Below, in pieces: positions 19,602-30,049 of a DNA stretch of 64,000 bases; within the stretch, counting starts at the first letter, position 1, and each line of letters opens with the position of its first letter. The stretch is from contig CAZDSH010000002.1 in NCBI GenBank assembly GCA_964508195.1, positions 10,994-74,993 of the forward strand, given 5' to 3'. The DNA is from an uncultured Clostridiaceae bacterium. Lineage in GTDB: Bacteria > Bacillota > Clostridia > Ch29. A model generated the notes under the pieces. It was not told the DNA's origin. It saw nothing but the letters and a program-made list of their open reading frames with translations, and searched no databases. The position numbers and the translations under genes were made by a program.

Positions 19602-21509
19602 CTACTGTTCAGAAAATAATATTTCAAAGGCTTCCTCCGCCCTATTAACCGGGTAAATGTTTATCCCCGCTAAATCTGCGGGCACTTCTTTAAAATTCCT
19701 TGCGGGGATTATCGCAGCGGACATATCATTTTGTTTCGCTCCGTATATCTTTTCTATTATTCCCCCTACGGGTTTTATTTCTCCCTGTATGGAAATCTCC
19801 CCCGTTACCGCTATATCCTGCCTTACGGCCCTTTGGGTGATAGCGCTGGTTAGAGCGACTAAAATCGCTATCCCCGCTGAGGGCCCATCCACGTTGCCCC
19901 CGCCTATACAGTTTATATGGACATCATAGTCGTTTAAGTTTTTGCCGAATATTTTCCGTATTGCTGCCGCTGCATTAAATACCGAATCCTTCGTCATAGA
20001 ACCCGCTGTATCGTTAATCCTTATAGTTCCTTGCCCCTTTTTTAACGCCGGGAAAGCTATGGCCTCTATTTCAAGTATAGAACCTATATACCCCGCTACA
20101 CCTAGGGCTAGTACCCTACCAACCCTCGAATGGATTTTATCGGTGAACCTGATACATGGCGTAAGGCGGCTATTTTGTATGACGGCGTATATATCGTCCT
20201 TATCTATGCATACCTCCCGAAGTGCACAATGCGCGTTAGCAATGGCCATGTTATATGCATCGGCTAAAATATTAACGGCTTTACGCCCCTCTATTGTATA
20301 CTGGCTTATTATCTCGGCGCAACCCTTTTCCATCTGCACCCCTAATTTCTCGACGGCATTATTTACTATGACTACGATATCCCCAGGGTTTAGGGGGGCA
20401 AAGTATACCTCTGTACACCTCGACCGAAACGCCGGATTGATGTCCCCGGGCTGTCGTGTAGTGGCACCTATTAGCAAAAAATCCGCCGGTGCCCCCTCTT
20501 CGAATAGCTTTTGTATATAAAGGGGTACATTTTTGTTAGAAGTATCATAATATATGGACTCAAAACTTATCCTTTTGTCCTCTAATACCTTCAACAGTTT
20601 GTTTTGTAAAACAGGATCCATTTCCCCTATCTCGTCTATAAACAGTATACCGCCATGGGCCTGAGTCACGAGACCCGTCTTTGGCTCAGGTATGCCCATC
20701 TCAGCCAATTCTTTGGTGCTACCCTGATATATGGGATCGTGCACGGAACCTAAAAGGGGATTAGCTATTTCCCTTGTGTCCCAGCGTAGGGTGGTGCCGT
20801 CCACTTCGATAAAATTAGAATTTTCGTCAAAGGGTGAATGTTTTTTAGACTTCGCTACCTTAAGAGCTAACCGTGCTGCGGAGGTCTTGCCTACGCCGGG
20901 GGGCCCGTAAAGCAGCACATGTTGTGGATAGGGTGAGCCGACTTTAGCCAGAAGTGCCTCTATAGCCCTACGCTGACCTATTATCTCATCAATGGTTGAC
21001 GGCCTTAGCACCTCCATTATAGGTTGACCCAATCCCCTTTGTTCTAACGCCCGTAAATTAGCATATTTTTTAAGGGTACCGGGATTTTCCGGGCCAGAAT
21101 ACTTTTTAACAATAGACAATTTAAGCTCTTCCATATATTGATCTTGGCGTTCTTGAATCTTATCCCTAAGCTCTTTATTAATCTTTTCTTTGATGATTCT
21201 ATCCGCCAGCATATCCGTAATTTTTGTACGCAGTTCCTTAATCGCGATCAGATAATTTTCTTCCCCCGGTGGTTCTATGTCCGATCCCAATACAATTTTC
21301 TGTAAAACATTGATCCTCGATAGGATATCTTTTTTCTCTAACGTCCTTTCAAGCCCTAGTTTTCTGACCCTTTCCCTATAGACTCTCATGCCCATACTAT
21401 CTATAAGCATCTCTTCAAGAATCGGAACCTGCTTTTCCAACATCCTATTATCATGTTTATTTTTTAAACGAGCCGGTTTTTCTATGTATTTTTCCGCGTT
21501 ATCCCCCAA
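19602..21509 (-). CDS. Lon-like ATP-dependent protease (AAA+ plus S16 Ser-Lys protease domain; LonC-type)
   Basis: 635 aa; Walker A GPPGVGKTSAARLA; C-terminal Lon proteolytic domain DGPSAGIAILVALTSA...K. Confidence 0.8.
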   Translation of the reverse strand: MGDNAEKYIEKPARLKNKHDNRMLEKQVPILEEMLIDSMGMRVYRERVRKLGLERTLEKKDILSRINVLQKIVLGSDIEPPGEENYLIAIKELRTKITDMLADRIIKEKINKELRDKIQERQDQYMEELKLSIVKKYSGPENPGTLKKYANLRALEQRGLGQPIMEVLRPSTIDEIIGQRRAIEALLAKVGSPYPQHVLLYGPPGVGKTSAARLALKVAKSKKHSPFDENSNFIEVDGTTLRWDTREIANPLLGSVHDPIYQGSTKELAEMGIPEPKTGLVTQAHGGILFIDEIGEMDPVLQNKLLKVLEDKRISFESIYYDTSNKNVPLYIQKLFEEGAPADFLLIGATTRQPGDINPAFRSRCTEVYFAPLNPGDIVVIVNNAVEKLGVQMEKGCAEIISQYTIEGRKAVNILADAYNMAIANAHCALREVCIDKDDIYAVIQNSRLTPCIRFTDKIHSRVGRVLALGVAGYIGSILEIEAIAFPALKKGQGTIRINDTAGSMTKDSVFNAAAAIRKIFGKNLNDYDVHINCIGGGNVDGPSAGIAILVALTSAITQRAVRQDIAVTGEISIQGEIKPVGGIIEKIYGAKQNDMSAAIIPARNFKEVPADLAGINIYPVNRAEEAFEILFSEQ

Positions 21510-21525
21510 TATGAACTCCCCTTCA

Positions 21526-21972
21526 CTATTCCTGCACTATTATAACTTCAAGCAGAGCTGATATCTCAGGATATATTTTAATCTCTATTTTAAATTTGCC
21601 AATATTCTTCAGCGGCTCAGGTAATACTATTTTCTTTCTATCTATTTTTATACCATGCTGGGCTTCGAGAGCCGCGGCTATATCCTTGCCGGTGACGGAT
21701 CCAAAGAGTTTACCAGTTTCGCCGGCTTTAACCTTAAGTTCAACTTTAAGGGATGATATCCTTTCCGCCTCTTTTTTGGCCTCCGCCGCCTCTGCCTGCT
21801 CTTTACGCTGCCTTATAGCGTCCTGTTCCTTTAGCATCCTTTTATCCTTCGTCGTAGCCGGCATCGCATACCCCTTCGGCATCAAAAAATTTCTAGCATA
21901 GCCTGCCTTTACCCTTATTACGTCGCCTTTTTTACCCTGACCCTTTACATCTTTAAGAAGTATAATCTCCAT
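21526..21972 (-). CDS. rplI: 50S ribosomal protein L9
   Basis: 148 aa; [31 protein letters not shown]-terminus characteristic of L9. Confidence 0.95.
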   Translation of the reverse strand: MEIILLKDVKGQGKKGDVIRVKAGYARNFLMPKGYAMPATTKDKRMLKEQDAIRQRKEQAEAAEAKKEAERISSLKVELKVKAGETGKLFGSVTGKDIAAALEAQHGIKIDRKKIVLPEPLKNIGKFKIEIKIYPEISALLEVIIVQE

Positions 21973-22145
21973 ACTGCATCACCCCTTCCCCTATTTTATT
22001 GCATTGAACAAATATCTCCGGAATACGAACATATACCCGGTACCGGTACCGTCATATATTTATGCCACAGTTCCTTTACCCCTACTATATTATAGATAAC
22101 GGCGCGGTGTCTATCTGTATTTGTTGCCTTTATTTCCATGGGCAT

Positions 22146-23102
22146 CTAACTGTCGCTTTCCCCGGTGAACCTTTTTCTGAAATCGAATAAAACGTCCAAT
22201 AATCCGGCGAGCATAGCCATTAATGCGAGGAATTGGTTAAACAGGATGAATATAATAAGCAATATACCTACAAACTTGTTTATATTCCGGCGCATCAAAA
22301 AAAAGTATGCTAATGATATTCCCTGTACGAGTAAAATTATCTGAAATAGTAGCAATATATTGCTCATAATTACATCGGTACTCCCCAGCCCCATATATCC
22401 GCCTACTAGGGACAACACCATGAGCAACAAAAAGCCTGCGGCTACATTACCCGGGGCCCTCCATTGTGCAAAGGTTGGGAGGGCATTTAAATGTAGGCCC
22501 AACCTTCTTAACACAACCCTGGCCACGGTATAATTCAAGTAGGAATCCATTATCGCAACTAAAAGCAAAAGCGCCGGTAGCGTAACCCTTAACAGCTCAA
22601 GGGAAGAAAGTAACGCATCCTTCATGTCCGACGGCACATTAAGGCCCACACTATCGTAAAAACCCATAGCGTACTCCATACCCTTTTCCATGGATTCTAG
22701 CTGTACCTCTAGGGGGTTTATACCCATTATGTGGGTCACAGCAAATATTAGAATCATCTTAGATAATAAGGACACAATTGCAGTTATAGCGAGAATCCTG
22801 CCTGCCTTATAATTCTTATGCACGCCATACCCTATGGATAGGCCTAAAGCACCATAGGCAAATATTACATAGGCCGCATAAATAGGTTCCGATACCATAC
22901 CCACGATTAGCCCCGAGGCTACGGTGGAATAGATCCCGTATTGCAATCCATACCTTTTAACCACTACTATTACCGGCACTGGCCAAAGCAGTGACGCAAG
23001 GGCCAAAACCGGAACAAACAAGCCCACAATCGCTATTATAACTGATAATGCCGTTGCCAAGGCGGTATTCGCCAGGGCCCTTACGTTGCTGTCTTTGTTC
23101 AT
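22146..23102 (-). CDS. YybS-like polytopic membrane protein (DUF2232)
   Basis: 318 aa, ~8-10 TM helices; conserved position between rpsR and rplI as yybS in Firmicutes. Confidence 0.6.
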   Translation of the reverse strand: MNKDSNVRALANTALATALSVIIAIVGLFVPVLALASLLWPVPVIVVVKRYGLQYGIYSTVASGLIVGMVSEPIYAAYVIFAYGALGLSIGYGVHKNYKAGRILAITAIVSLLSKMILIFAVTHIMGINPLEVQLESMEKGMEYAMGFYDSVGLNVPSDMKDALLSSLELLRVTLPALLLLVAIMDSYLNYTVARVVLRRLGLHLNALPTFAQWRAPGNVAAGFLLLMVLSLVGGYMGLGSTDVIMSNILLLFQIILLVQGISLAYFFLMRRNINKFVGILLIIFILFNQFLALMAMLAGLLDVLFDFRKRFTGESDS

Positions 23103-23111
23103 CCCTTAACC

Positions 23112-23453
23112 CTACTTTCTGTTTCTGTTTAAATAATCCGCTAATTCGGACAAATCCCCGTATCGGTCTTCCACCTCATGTCCCTCGTTAATACCTAATT
23201 TGATCTTATTTTGTATTTTTAAATCTATAACGGCGTAGTTCATACCAAGCCTTCGCGCTATTAAATAAGCCAGGAGTACAATGTTCGCCAGTACGCCGGA
23301 TAACGTTTCATGGCATCCTCGGTTGCCCCTGTGCATGAGCTTATAAAGGGACGTTACCCCCGATAGCATTTCACATTTCAACCATTCGATTAGCCTCATA
23401 TTCCTAGCTATTTCTACCTTATTTGTTTTGTCTCCGGTAGGCATCAATTCCAT
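23112..23453 (-). CDS. hypothetical small protein, possibly MazG-like nucleotide pyrophosphohydrolase fold
   Basis: 113 aa; acidic EVEDRYGDLSELADYL segment reminiscent of MazG-like family; weak assignment. Confidence 0.35.
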   Translation of the reverse strand: MELMPTGDKTNKVEIARNMRLIEWLKCEMLSGVTSLYKLMHRGNRGCHETLSGVLANIVLLAYLIARRLGMNYAVIDLKIQNKIKLGINEGHEVEDRYGDLSELADYLNRNRK

Positions 23454-23542
23454 TTACCCCCTATCTGATATTACAACGATAAATACGTTTAAGAATTGGA
23501 AGAAATGTAATTCCAGTCCCTCCTGGTTTAAGACCTAAGTAA

Positions 23543-23567
23543 TAAAAAGAGAGCTGTAAGCTCTCTT
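23543..23567 (-). terminator. intrinsic terminator downstream of rpsR
   Basis: 8-bp stem AAGAGAGC/GCTCTCTT with 5-nt loop followed on minus strand by T-run. Confidence 0.55.
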
Positions 23568-23793
23568 AATCCGCCGTAAAGGGTAAAAGCGCAATATTTC
23601 TGGCCCTTTTTATAGCTGTCGTAAGCTGTCTTTGGTGTCTGGCGCAGTTACCGCTTATCCTTCTGGGGACTATTTTTCCCCTGTCTGTAATATATTTTCG
23701 GAGTTTACTTACGTCTTTATAATCAATATTTTCAACGCCGTCAATACAAAAATTACAAACCCGCCTTCTACCCCTTCGTATTTTACGTCTCAC
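23566..23793 (-). CDS. rpsR: 30S ribosomal protein S18
   Basis: 75 aa; ...[33 protein letters not shown]... S18 signature. Confidence 0.95.
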   Translation of the reverse strand: MRRKIRRGRRRVCNFCIDGVENIDYKDVSKLRKYITDRGKIVPRRISGNCARHQRQLTTAIKRARNIALLPFTAD

Positions 23794-23809
23794 GAATATT
23801 CCTCCTCCT

Positions 23810-24241
23810 TTAGAACGGTAGGTCCGAATCCTCCTCTATCGGATAAAAATCCTCATCGGAACTATCCTCTGTATCCCCGCTGTATTCCTTAGCCTCCCCG
23901 CCTTTACCGGCGGCATTAGGCGCCCTGTCTAGGAAGACTACCTCATCGGCTACCACTTCAGTACTGTACCGTCTTTGACCGCTACTGTCCTCCCAACTGC
24001 TAGTCTGTATCCTCCCGGCCACCGCTACTAACCGGCCCTTGCCGAGGTAATTAGCGCATAGCTCCGCTAGCCTTCTCCAGGTAACGATTCGAATAAAATC
24101 CGCATCCCGTTCCCCTTGCCTATTTTTAAAGGCTCTATCCACGGCCAGCGTAAAGGTAGTAACCTGGGTGCCGGCCCCCGGTGTAATACGCAATTCAGGG
24201 TCCCTTGTGAGCCTTCCCACAAGACATACTTTGTTTAACAT
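23810..24241 (-). CDS. ssb: single-stranded DNA-binding protein
   Basis: OB-fold N-terminus [18 protein letters not shown], acidic C-terminal tail ending DDLPF; start ATG 24241 with GGTGGTGG RBS. Confidence 0.93.
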   Translation of the reverse strand: MLNKVCLVGRLTRDPELRITPGAGTQVTTFTLAVDRAFKNRQGERDADFIRIVTWRRLAELCANYLGKGRLVAVAGRIQTSSWEDSSGQRRYSTEVVADEVVFLDRAPNAAGKGGEAKEYSGDTEDSSDEDFYPIEEDSDLPF

Positions 24242-24260
24242 TTTATACCACCACCCTGAT

Positions 24261-24545
24261 TTATTCGTCCTCATTAACGATTAGATACCTTAGGACGTTT
24301 TCCGAAATTCTGAAAATCCTTGTCAGCTCTTTAGGAACTTCGTTTCCCGCCGAAAAGTTTATTTTTACGTAGTACCCCTCGTTTTTCTCTTGAATCTCGT
24401 AGGCAAGCTGCCTAGTGCCCCATTCATCAATAGCTCTTATTTCGCCGTTACGGGAAATTATATCCTTTATCCTATCAATATAGGAAACCCTCGCCTCTTC
24501 TTCGATATCCGGATCAAGGATAAAGATCAACTCGTATTTATTCAT
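24261..24545 (-). CDS. rpsF: 30S ribosomal protein S6
   Basis: MNKYELIFILDPDIEEE... ; start ATG 24545 preceded by GGAGGTG. Confidence 0.93.
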   Translation of the reverse strand: MNKYELIFILDPDIEEEARVSYIDRIKDIISRNGEIRAIDEWGTRQLAYEIQEKNEGYYVKINFSAGNEVPKELTRIFRISENVLRYLIVNEDE

Positions 24546-24651
24546 GGTTTCACCTCCCTTTGGACTGAACGGCCCCACCATCGTAGGCGGAGCAAGGATG
24601 TAGATGTACGTATAGTATTCTACCATAGTGCATTTTCCAATGCAACAATAT

Positions 24652-24855
24652 CTAATTTACGTTATCATCGGTGCCTTTGAGCATCCGTTTAACCCTTTTT
24701 TCAAAGGTCGCCCGGGGCAAAAGAACCTGCCTGCCGCACTTTAAACATTTAATCCTTATATCCATACCCGTTCTGACTACTTCCCAAAGATCGTTGCCAC
24801 AGGGATGCTTTTTTTTAAGCTGGGCGATATCCCCCAGTTCGATCCTAAGGGGCAT
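24652..24855 (-). CDS. DUF951 family small protein (YyzM-like)
   Basis: MPLRIELGDIAQLKKKHPCGNDLWEVVRTGMDIRIKCLKCGRQVLL...; conserved partner upstream of rpsF in Firmicutes; internal start with GGGAGG RBS chosen to avoid overlap with mscS. Confidence 0.7.
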   Translation of the reverse strand: MPLRIELGDIAQLKKKHPCGNDLWEVVRTGMDIRIKCLKCGRQVLLPRATFEKRVKRMLKGTDDNVN

Positions 24856-24869
24856 ACATTTCCCTCCCT

Positions 24870-25706
24870 TTATTTTCTCAATATTATATTCCTGGGATAG
24901 GGTATATCTATACCCTTTTTCTCGAGGACTTCTTTTATCCCTTTTTTCAATTCCCTTTCTATCCTCCACTGTTCCATGGACTTTGTCTTTGCCCATATCC
25001 TGAGATTAACGGAGAAATCGCTAAGATCGGACACCCCTAGGACTCTTGGGCCTGCAGTTAACTGTTCTTCTTCCTCGCCGTATTTTACTAAATACTCCTC
25101 AATCGTCCCTATAACCCCATCAATATCCTCCTCATAGGGGATCCTTACGTCAAATAACACCCGCATATCTCCCCTGCTGTGATTCGTCACATTGGATACA
25201 TTCCCATTGGGCAATATATGTAGATCCCCGTTAAAGCCCCTTATCTTTGTAATCCTTATGCCTATGTCCTCTACAATACCGGAGTGGCCGTCTAGGGAGA
25301 TATAATCACCGACTGCGTACTGGTCCTCAAATAGTATAAAAAAGCCCGTTATTACATCCCTCACCAGACTCTGTGCCCCAAAACCTATAGCGAGCCCCCC
25401 GATACCAGCGGTGGCAAGGAGTGAAGATACCGGTATACCCATAATAGTCACTATTGTAGTAAACCCTATGAAATACAGCGTATAGGTTATTACGCTTTTA
25501 GTAAGGGCGTTCATCGTCATAGTCTTTTTCGGATCGTCTACAAACCGGCTTTCCGCTTGTTTTTTATAAAATTTATCGGAAAATGCCCCTAAAATTCTAA
25601 TAGACAGCCTTACCGCCAATACAACTAATAATATCTTTATTACGTTTTGGCCTATGGTAATCAAAGATACTTTGCCTATGCTAAGGCTCTGTATATATTC
25701 TAACAT
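24870..25706 (-). CDS. mechanosensitive ion channel, MscS family
   Basis: 278 aa; 3 TM helices then MscS beta-domain (GIGGLAIGFGAQSLVRDVITGFFILFEDQYAVGDYI). Confidence 0.85.
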   Translation of the reverse strand: MLEYIQSLSIGKVSLITIGQNVIKILLVVLAVRLSIRILGAFSDKFYKKQAESRFVDDPKKTMTMNALTKSVITYTLYFIGFTTIVTIMGIPVSSLLATAGIGGLAIGFGAQSLVRDVITGFFILFEDQYAVGDYISLDGHSGIVEDIGIRITKIRGFNGDLHILPNGNVSNVTNHSRGDMRVLFDVRIPYEEDIDGVIGTIEEYLVKYGEEEEQLTAGPRVLGVSDLSDFSVNLRIWAKTKSMEQWRIERELKKGIKEVLEKKGIDIPYPRNIILRK

Positions 25707-25723
25707 TCAGTTATATGCCCCCT

Positions 25724-25999
25724 TTACATCTTCTGCCTATTATAGCTTACCCTTCCCCTAAGGTTAACTGATTTGTATAGGCTTATCCCTTCTCCAAAGG
25801 AACCCGTTAACTCTTTAATCCTAGTGAGATCCCGGCCTGATAGTTTTATAGATAACCCACAGCTTGTATCTATTTCCCTTGGAGTAGGAATAAGTTCCCC
25901 TTCCAGTTTCTCTTTTTTTAACATATCCTCAAATTTTATCGCGTGATGTGTAGAGGTAAAAGTTATTATATAATATTCCTTAAGTTTCATGTCTAACAC
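25724..25999 (-). CDS. DUF3343 family protein (putative Se/S carrier-associated)
   Basis: 91 aa; family commonly paired with yedF-like genes; adjacent to YedF-like ORF. Confidence 0.5.
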   Translation of the reverse strand: MLDMKLKEYYIITFTSTHHAIKFEDMLKKEKLEGELIPTPREIDTSCGLSIKLSGRDLTRIKELTGSFGEGISLYKSVNLRGRVSYNRQKM

Positions 26000-26003
26000 C
26001 TTT

Positions 26004-26594
26004 CTACAATGTTATGGCGTTTACGGCATCGTTTAATTTCTCGGCTATAGCATACATATTAGATGCCTGCCCCACCGCAAGGTTATCCTTTACATTATAA
26101 TAATCAAGGCATGTGCCACAGGATAATACCTCAACACCCCTTGCTTCCAGTTCCCGAAGGGGTTTTAATGCGTCGGAACCCTCCACTGATAAGTTTACAC
26201 CGCTGTTCATCAGTATTATAGTCTCCGGTAATGGACACACTTCCACTAAGGTTTTTAGATATGCATTCATCAATACCCTGCCTAGGGTTTTGTCCCCTGA
26301 ACCCAGGGTATCGCTGCTTAAGAGAATTATGAGGCCATTTTTATCCGCTATATTTTCAAACTTCGCCCCTTCTAACCCCCTTTCCTTGAAAATACTTATG
26401 TGAAAATCGCTACCGACCTTCTGTATATCTACGCTACAGGTCATATTAGCGGCTAATTTTTTAATATTTTCCCGGGCGATCTCCGAATCGACTATAGTCG
26501 TTACCTTGCCCCCTTCTATCTCCTCCAGTGCTTTTTTTGTAAGTATAACCGGTTGTGGGCAATCCAGCCCCCGGGCATCTATTTGCCTTTCCAT
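26004..26594 (-). CDS. YedF-like selenium/sulfur metabolism protein (TusA-like N-domain + DsrE-like C-domain)
   Basis: 196 aa; TusA-type CPxP motif (GLDCPQPV) near N-terminus. Confidence 0.65.
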   Translation of the reverse strand: MERQIDARGLDCPQPVILTKKALEEIEGGKVTTIVDSEIARENIKKLAANMTCSVDIQKVGSDFHISIFKERGLEGAKFENIADKNGLIILLSSDTLGSGDKTLGRVLMNAYLKTLVEVCPLPETIILMNSGVNLSVEGSDALKPLRELEARGVEVLSCGTCLDYYNVKDNLAVGQASNMYAIAEKLNDAVNAITL

Positions 26595-26654
26595 TTTAAG
26601 ATACCTCCCCTATTTATTCGATATAAAGTGCCGTTAATCTATGTCCCGGTCCCG

Positions 26655-27329
26655 TTAAACCATCCTTGATATTATCTCCATCATCCAGGACATTATAAAA
26701 TTATTTCTACAAAAAAACATAGCAACGGCGGAATCCTGTATACCTATCATAAGCCTAAGCCATTTTATCGGAAGGATTGTTATAATCGGAATAACAAGGG
26801 CAAAAATTATCATAAGCATCAAAATACCCTTTAATGCACCGACTATTAAACCCGCCAATTTGTTGAACTGTCTAAGTACCGGCAAACCGGTTACGGAGTT
26901 TAAAAGGGCAGTAACTACAAAAAATATTATCCTTACGGCGACGAACAAAAGGGCAATGCTTAAAAGGCACATTATTATGTCACTAACCCTTTCAGCGATA
27001 CCCGATGTAACGGCTATACCGCCTTCGGTACTATTTATATATAAGGCCAGGTTTTCTAACATGTCCATAAACTTCGTATTCCCTGTACCGGTATCCCAAA
27101 AGGATGGGGACTTAGCCTGTAAACCCTTCGACACGATGGCGTATATTTTGTGGTACAAGTTCGTATTATTCTTTAAATAATCCGCAAGGTCCGCGAAGTA
27201 TAATCGGGCGACCACGATCGACGTAACAAGCCCCGCTATTTTCATGAGGGACAATATAAACCCCTCTGAATAACCCCGTACAGTTGAAATTATGAGTATC
27301 GTTATAATAATACCGTCTACCCAGTTCAT
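26655..27329 (-). CDS. cvpA: CvpA family membrane protein
   Basis: 224 aa; MNWVDGIIITILIISTVRGYSEGFI N-terminus and 4 TM layout typical of CvpA. Confidence 0.7.
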   Translation of the reverse strand: MNWVDGIIITILIISTVRGYSEGFILSLMKIAGLVTSIVVARLYFADLADYLKNNTNLYHKIYAIVSKGLQAKSPSFWDTGTGNTKFMDMLENLALYINSTEGGIAVTSGIAERVSDIIMCLLSIALLFVAVRIIFFVVTALLNSVTGLPVLRQFNKLAGLIVGALKGILMLMIIFALVIPIITILPIKWLRLMIGIQDSAVAMFFCRNNFIMSWMMEIISRMV

Positions 27330-27341
27330 GGTTTCCCACCC

Positions 27342-28508
27342 CTATTGTGTTACCGGTTCGAAATGTAATTTACCCCCGAGGATATAGGCCGCATAGTTGT
27401 CTTCTAATAGGTATACCGCTAAAAGATCGCTTTTAAAGGTTTTGTCCCACACTTTTTTGCCGTCGAGGGTTACAAATTTAATACATCTGTCGGAATAAAT
27501 GCCTATACAGTCCTGTCCCTCCACTAAACCGGTAATCCCTTCGCTATGCGGGATTTTCTTCAATAGTATACCTTCTTTGTCGTAGAGTAACGTTTCGCCG
27601 CTCTTATCAATAGGCACGCCGCTACGGTAATCCTCCCTTGTATTGAGGGCGACGATGCCTTCATCCATCAATAGGGCCTTTGCTATGTAGCCTCGTATTT
27701 CCTCCTGCCAACGCATTTCCCCATCAGCATTATAGCCTATAAGGGCCCTCTCCGTCAGAACATTTAGGGCATCTCCTGCTATAAACTTTAAATCCATAAT
27801 TAATACATCCCTATAGCTTTTGGCCCATAGCATCGCGCCATCGTCTTTGTACACAATGATCCTGCCGATTATGTCCCCGTCCTCTACACTTGCAGTAGAT
27901 ACCGCAACAAAGGAGCCCCCCCGAGATACTGTAACCCCGGTCACCTGTGCATTGTCTATTTGTACGCAGGATACCTCCTTACCCCCTTGATCGTATATAT
28001 CTATTGCTGTGGCTACCCCCCGTTGATTTTCTATAATCCAAATATGTCCCCTGTCGGCACCTATTCTACCGATACCCCCCGGGGCCGTAACCTGCCATAG
28101 CTCCTCGCCTTTATCGTTTAACCCATAAAGAACCCCTTTACTAATATCCGCTACGGCGATTATATCCTTAAGAGCTATAATTATGGGTTCCTGAAGGTCC
28201 ATCGACTTTTCCCATAATATATCACCCTTTGCCCCGCGGAGGGTCAATGTTTTGTCCTTGAGGATGACTAGTTTATTCGAAATTACGGCGGCGGCTGTTT
28301 GAGCCTCCCTTTCCCTGTTTAAACCTGAGATCCGAATAAGATTATCCAGATTAAATTCTTTTTTAAATAAAACGGCATAAAAGTGGGGATAAACGAAACA
28401 AGTAACCGTAATAGCCGCAAATATAAGAAGTGCCAGATATCTACCCCTTTTATTCCCCTTGAACCTTTTGCTCCTCATACCTAAAACTCCTTCAGTTCTT
28501 TCATACAT
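27342..28508 (-). CDS. membrane-anchored hypothetical protein (DUF5711-like, predicted beta-rich ectodomain)
   Basis: 388 aa; single N-terminal TM after basic stretch; repeated D-G/W-containing beta-strand-like segments; no catalytic motif. Confidence 0.45.
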   Translation of the reverse strand: MYERTEGVLGMRSKRFKGNKRGRYLALLIFAAITVTCFVYPHFYAVLFKKEFNLDNLIRISGLNREREAQTAAAVISNKLVILKDKTLTLRGAKGDILWEKSMDLQEPIIIALKDIIAVADISKGVLYGLNDKGEELWQVTAPGGIGRIGADRGHIWIIENQRGVATAIDIYDQGGKEVSCVQIDNAQVTGVTVSRGGSFVAVSTASVEDGDIIGRIIVYKDDGAMLWAKSYRDVLIMDLKFIAGDALNVLTERALIGYNADGEMRWQEEIRGYIAKALLMDEGIVALNTREDYRSGVPIDKSGETLLYDKEGILLKKIPHSEGITGLVEGQDCIGIYSDRCIKFVTLDGKKVWDKTFKSDLLAVYLLEDNYAAYILGGKLHFEPVTQ

Positions 28509-28781
28509 AATTAATTCTTTAGCGTTATCGGAATTCCTGCACCTATAACCAATAAACCACGAATTATGCCCTATAATTATTTGATATCAATCCTTTAGCC
28601 TAACAATTCTATGGGGTAAATACGCTTTTATAACGTATAACCGGGCATTTTTTCGCCATGTACTCGACTATTCTAGAGAATATTACCATGTATTATTAGG
28701 CTGTTTAAGGAAAAACTGTAAATTGTAATATTATTCGTCTTAATTAAATAGACTATTAAAAACCCGACGGAGGATTAACAC

Positions 28782-29402
28782 ATGGCCTTTGCTCATCGAA
28801 CTCATTGCGTAACCGTTGATATAAATTCCACATTGCCCTTATCACGATTTTCTGAAGTGTTCTCTAACTGCTTTAACCTATGCTATAAGGATAACAAAGG
28901 ACCTATTATTGTACTTTGTATCGGCACGGACAGATCCACGGGGGACTGCCTTGGGCCCCTTGTTGGGCATAAGCTTTCCGCAATGAAAAGTGACAACAAT
29001 TTTATTATATACGGAACCCTGGACAATCCGGTACATGCCAAAAACCTCAGGGAAACCCTTAAAAAAATCCAGCGACAATATGCCGATGCCTTTATCGTTG
29101 CTATAGACGCCAGCTTAGGTTCTATGGAAAGAATCGGCCATATCACCGTTGCAAAGGGCCCGTTGCGCCCCGGCGCCGGCGTAAAAAAAACACTCCCCTT
29201 TGTAGGGGATATGCATATAAGCGGGGTTGTTAATTTCGGTGGGTTTATGGAATACTTTATATTACAAAACACGAGGTTAAACTTAGTAATGAAAATGGCG
29301 AATATTATTTCCACGGGCATATATTATAGCTTCCGGGGATCCCTCCGAAGGCACGTATTGATTGAGCTGCCGCAATCCCGAAGTCAAAGGGAACAAATTT
29401 AA
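28782..29402 (+). CDS. yyaC: spore protease YyaC
   Basis: 206 aa; conserved GTDRSTGDCLGPLVG motif; syntenic with spo0J/soj as in Bacillus; GGAGG RBS 9 nt upstream. Confidence 0.8.
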   Translation: MAFAHRTHCVTVDINSTLPLSRFSEVFSNCFNLCYKDNKGPIIVLCIGTDRSTGDCLGPLVGHKLSAMKSDNNFIIYGTLDNPVHAKNLRETLKKIQRQYADAFIVAIDASLGSMERIGHITVAKGPLRPGAGVKKTLPFVGDMHISGVVNFGGFMEYFILQNTRLNLVMKMANIISTGIYYSFRGSLRRHVLIELPQSRSQREQI

Positions 29403-29404
29403 CC

Positions 29405-30037
29405 TTAGCCCCTCGGTTCGTTAAAAAGATCTATAACTTCACTATCGGAAGTCTGATGGAAATCTTCATAAAACATGCTTACTGCATAAAAGGGATAGGG
29501 ACTCTCAAGGCAGATAATCCTATCTACCTTCTCTAACAGATCTTCAATAACATCGTTAGGCGCTACGGGTACTGCAACGATTAACTCTAAGGCCCCCGAT
29601 TTTTGTATAGATTTAATTGCGGCCTTTATCGTAAAGCCTGTGGCTATACCATCGTCTACGAGAATAATCCTTTTACCCCGTAACGGAACCGGCGGCCTAT
29701 CACCTATATAGAGCTTGAGCCTTCTTTTTATTTCGTTTATTTGTGCATCCTTTTCTTTTTTTATATACCCTTCGCTGACGTTAAGATACTTTATCATCTC
29801 TTCGTCAAGTAATAGGGTTCCATCCTGGGTTACGGCACCGATGGCAATTTCCTTGTTAAAGGGCGCCCCTAATTTCCGTGGTATGATCAAATCCCATTCA
29901 CAGTTTAATCTCTCCCTAATTGCATGGCCAACTAAGGCGCCGCCCCTTGGTATAGCCAATATCACCGTATCCCCGCCTTTATATTCCTCGAGGTATTTAG
30001 CCAATTCAAGGCCCGCTGACCTTCGGTTTTTAAACAT
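29405..30037 (-). CDS. phosphoribosyltransferase family protein
   Basis: 210 aa; PRPP-binding motif IILVDDGIATGFT. Confidence 0.75.
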   Translation of the reverse strand: MFKNRRSAGLELAKYLEEYKGGDTVILAIPRGGALVGHAIRERLNCEWDLIIPRKLGAPFNKEIAIGAVTQDGTLLLDEEMIKYLNVSEGYIKKEKDAQINEIKRRLKLYIGDRPPVPLRGKRIILVDDGIATGFTIKAAIKSIQKSGALELIVAVPVAPNDVIEDLLEKVDRIICLESPYPFYAVSMFYEDFHQTSDSEVIDLFNEPRG

Positions 30038-30049
30038 CCTATCATCCCC

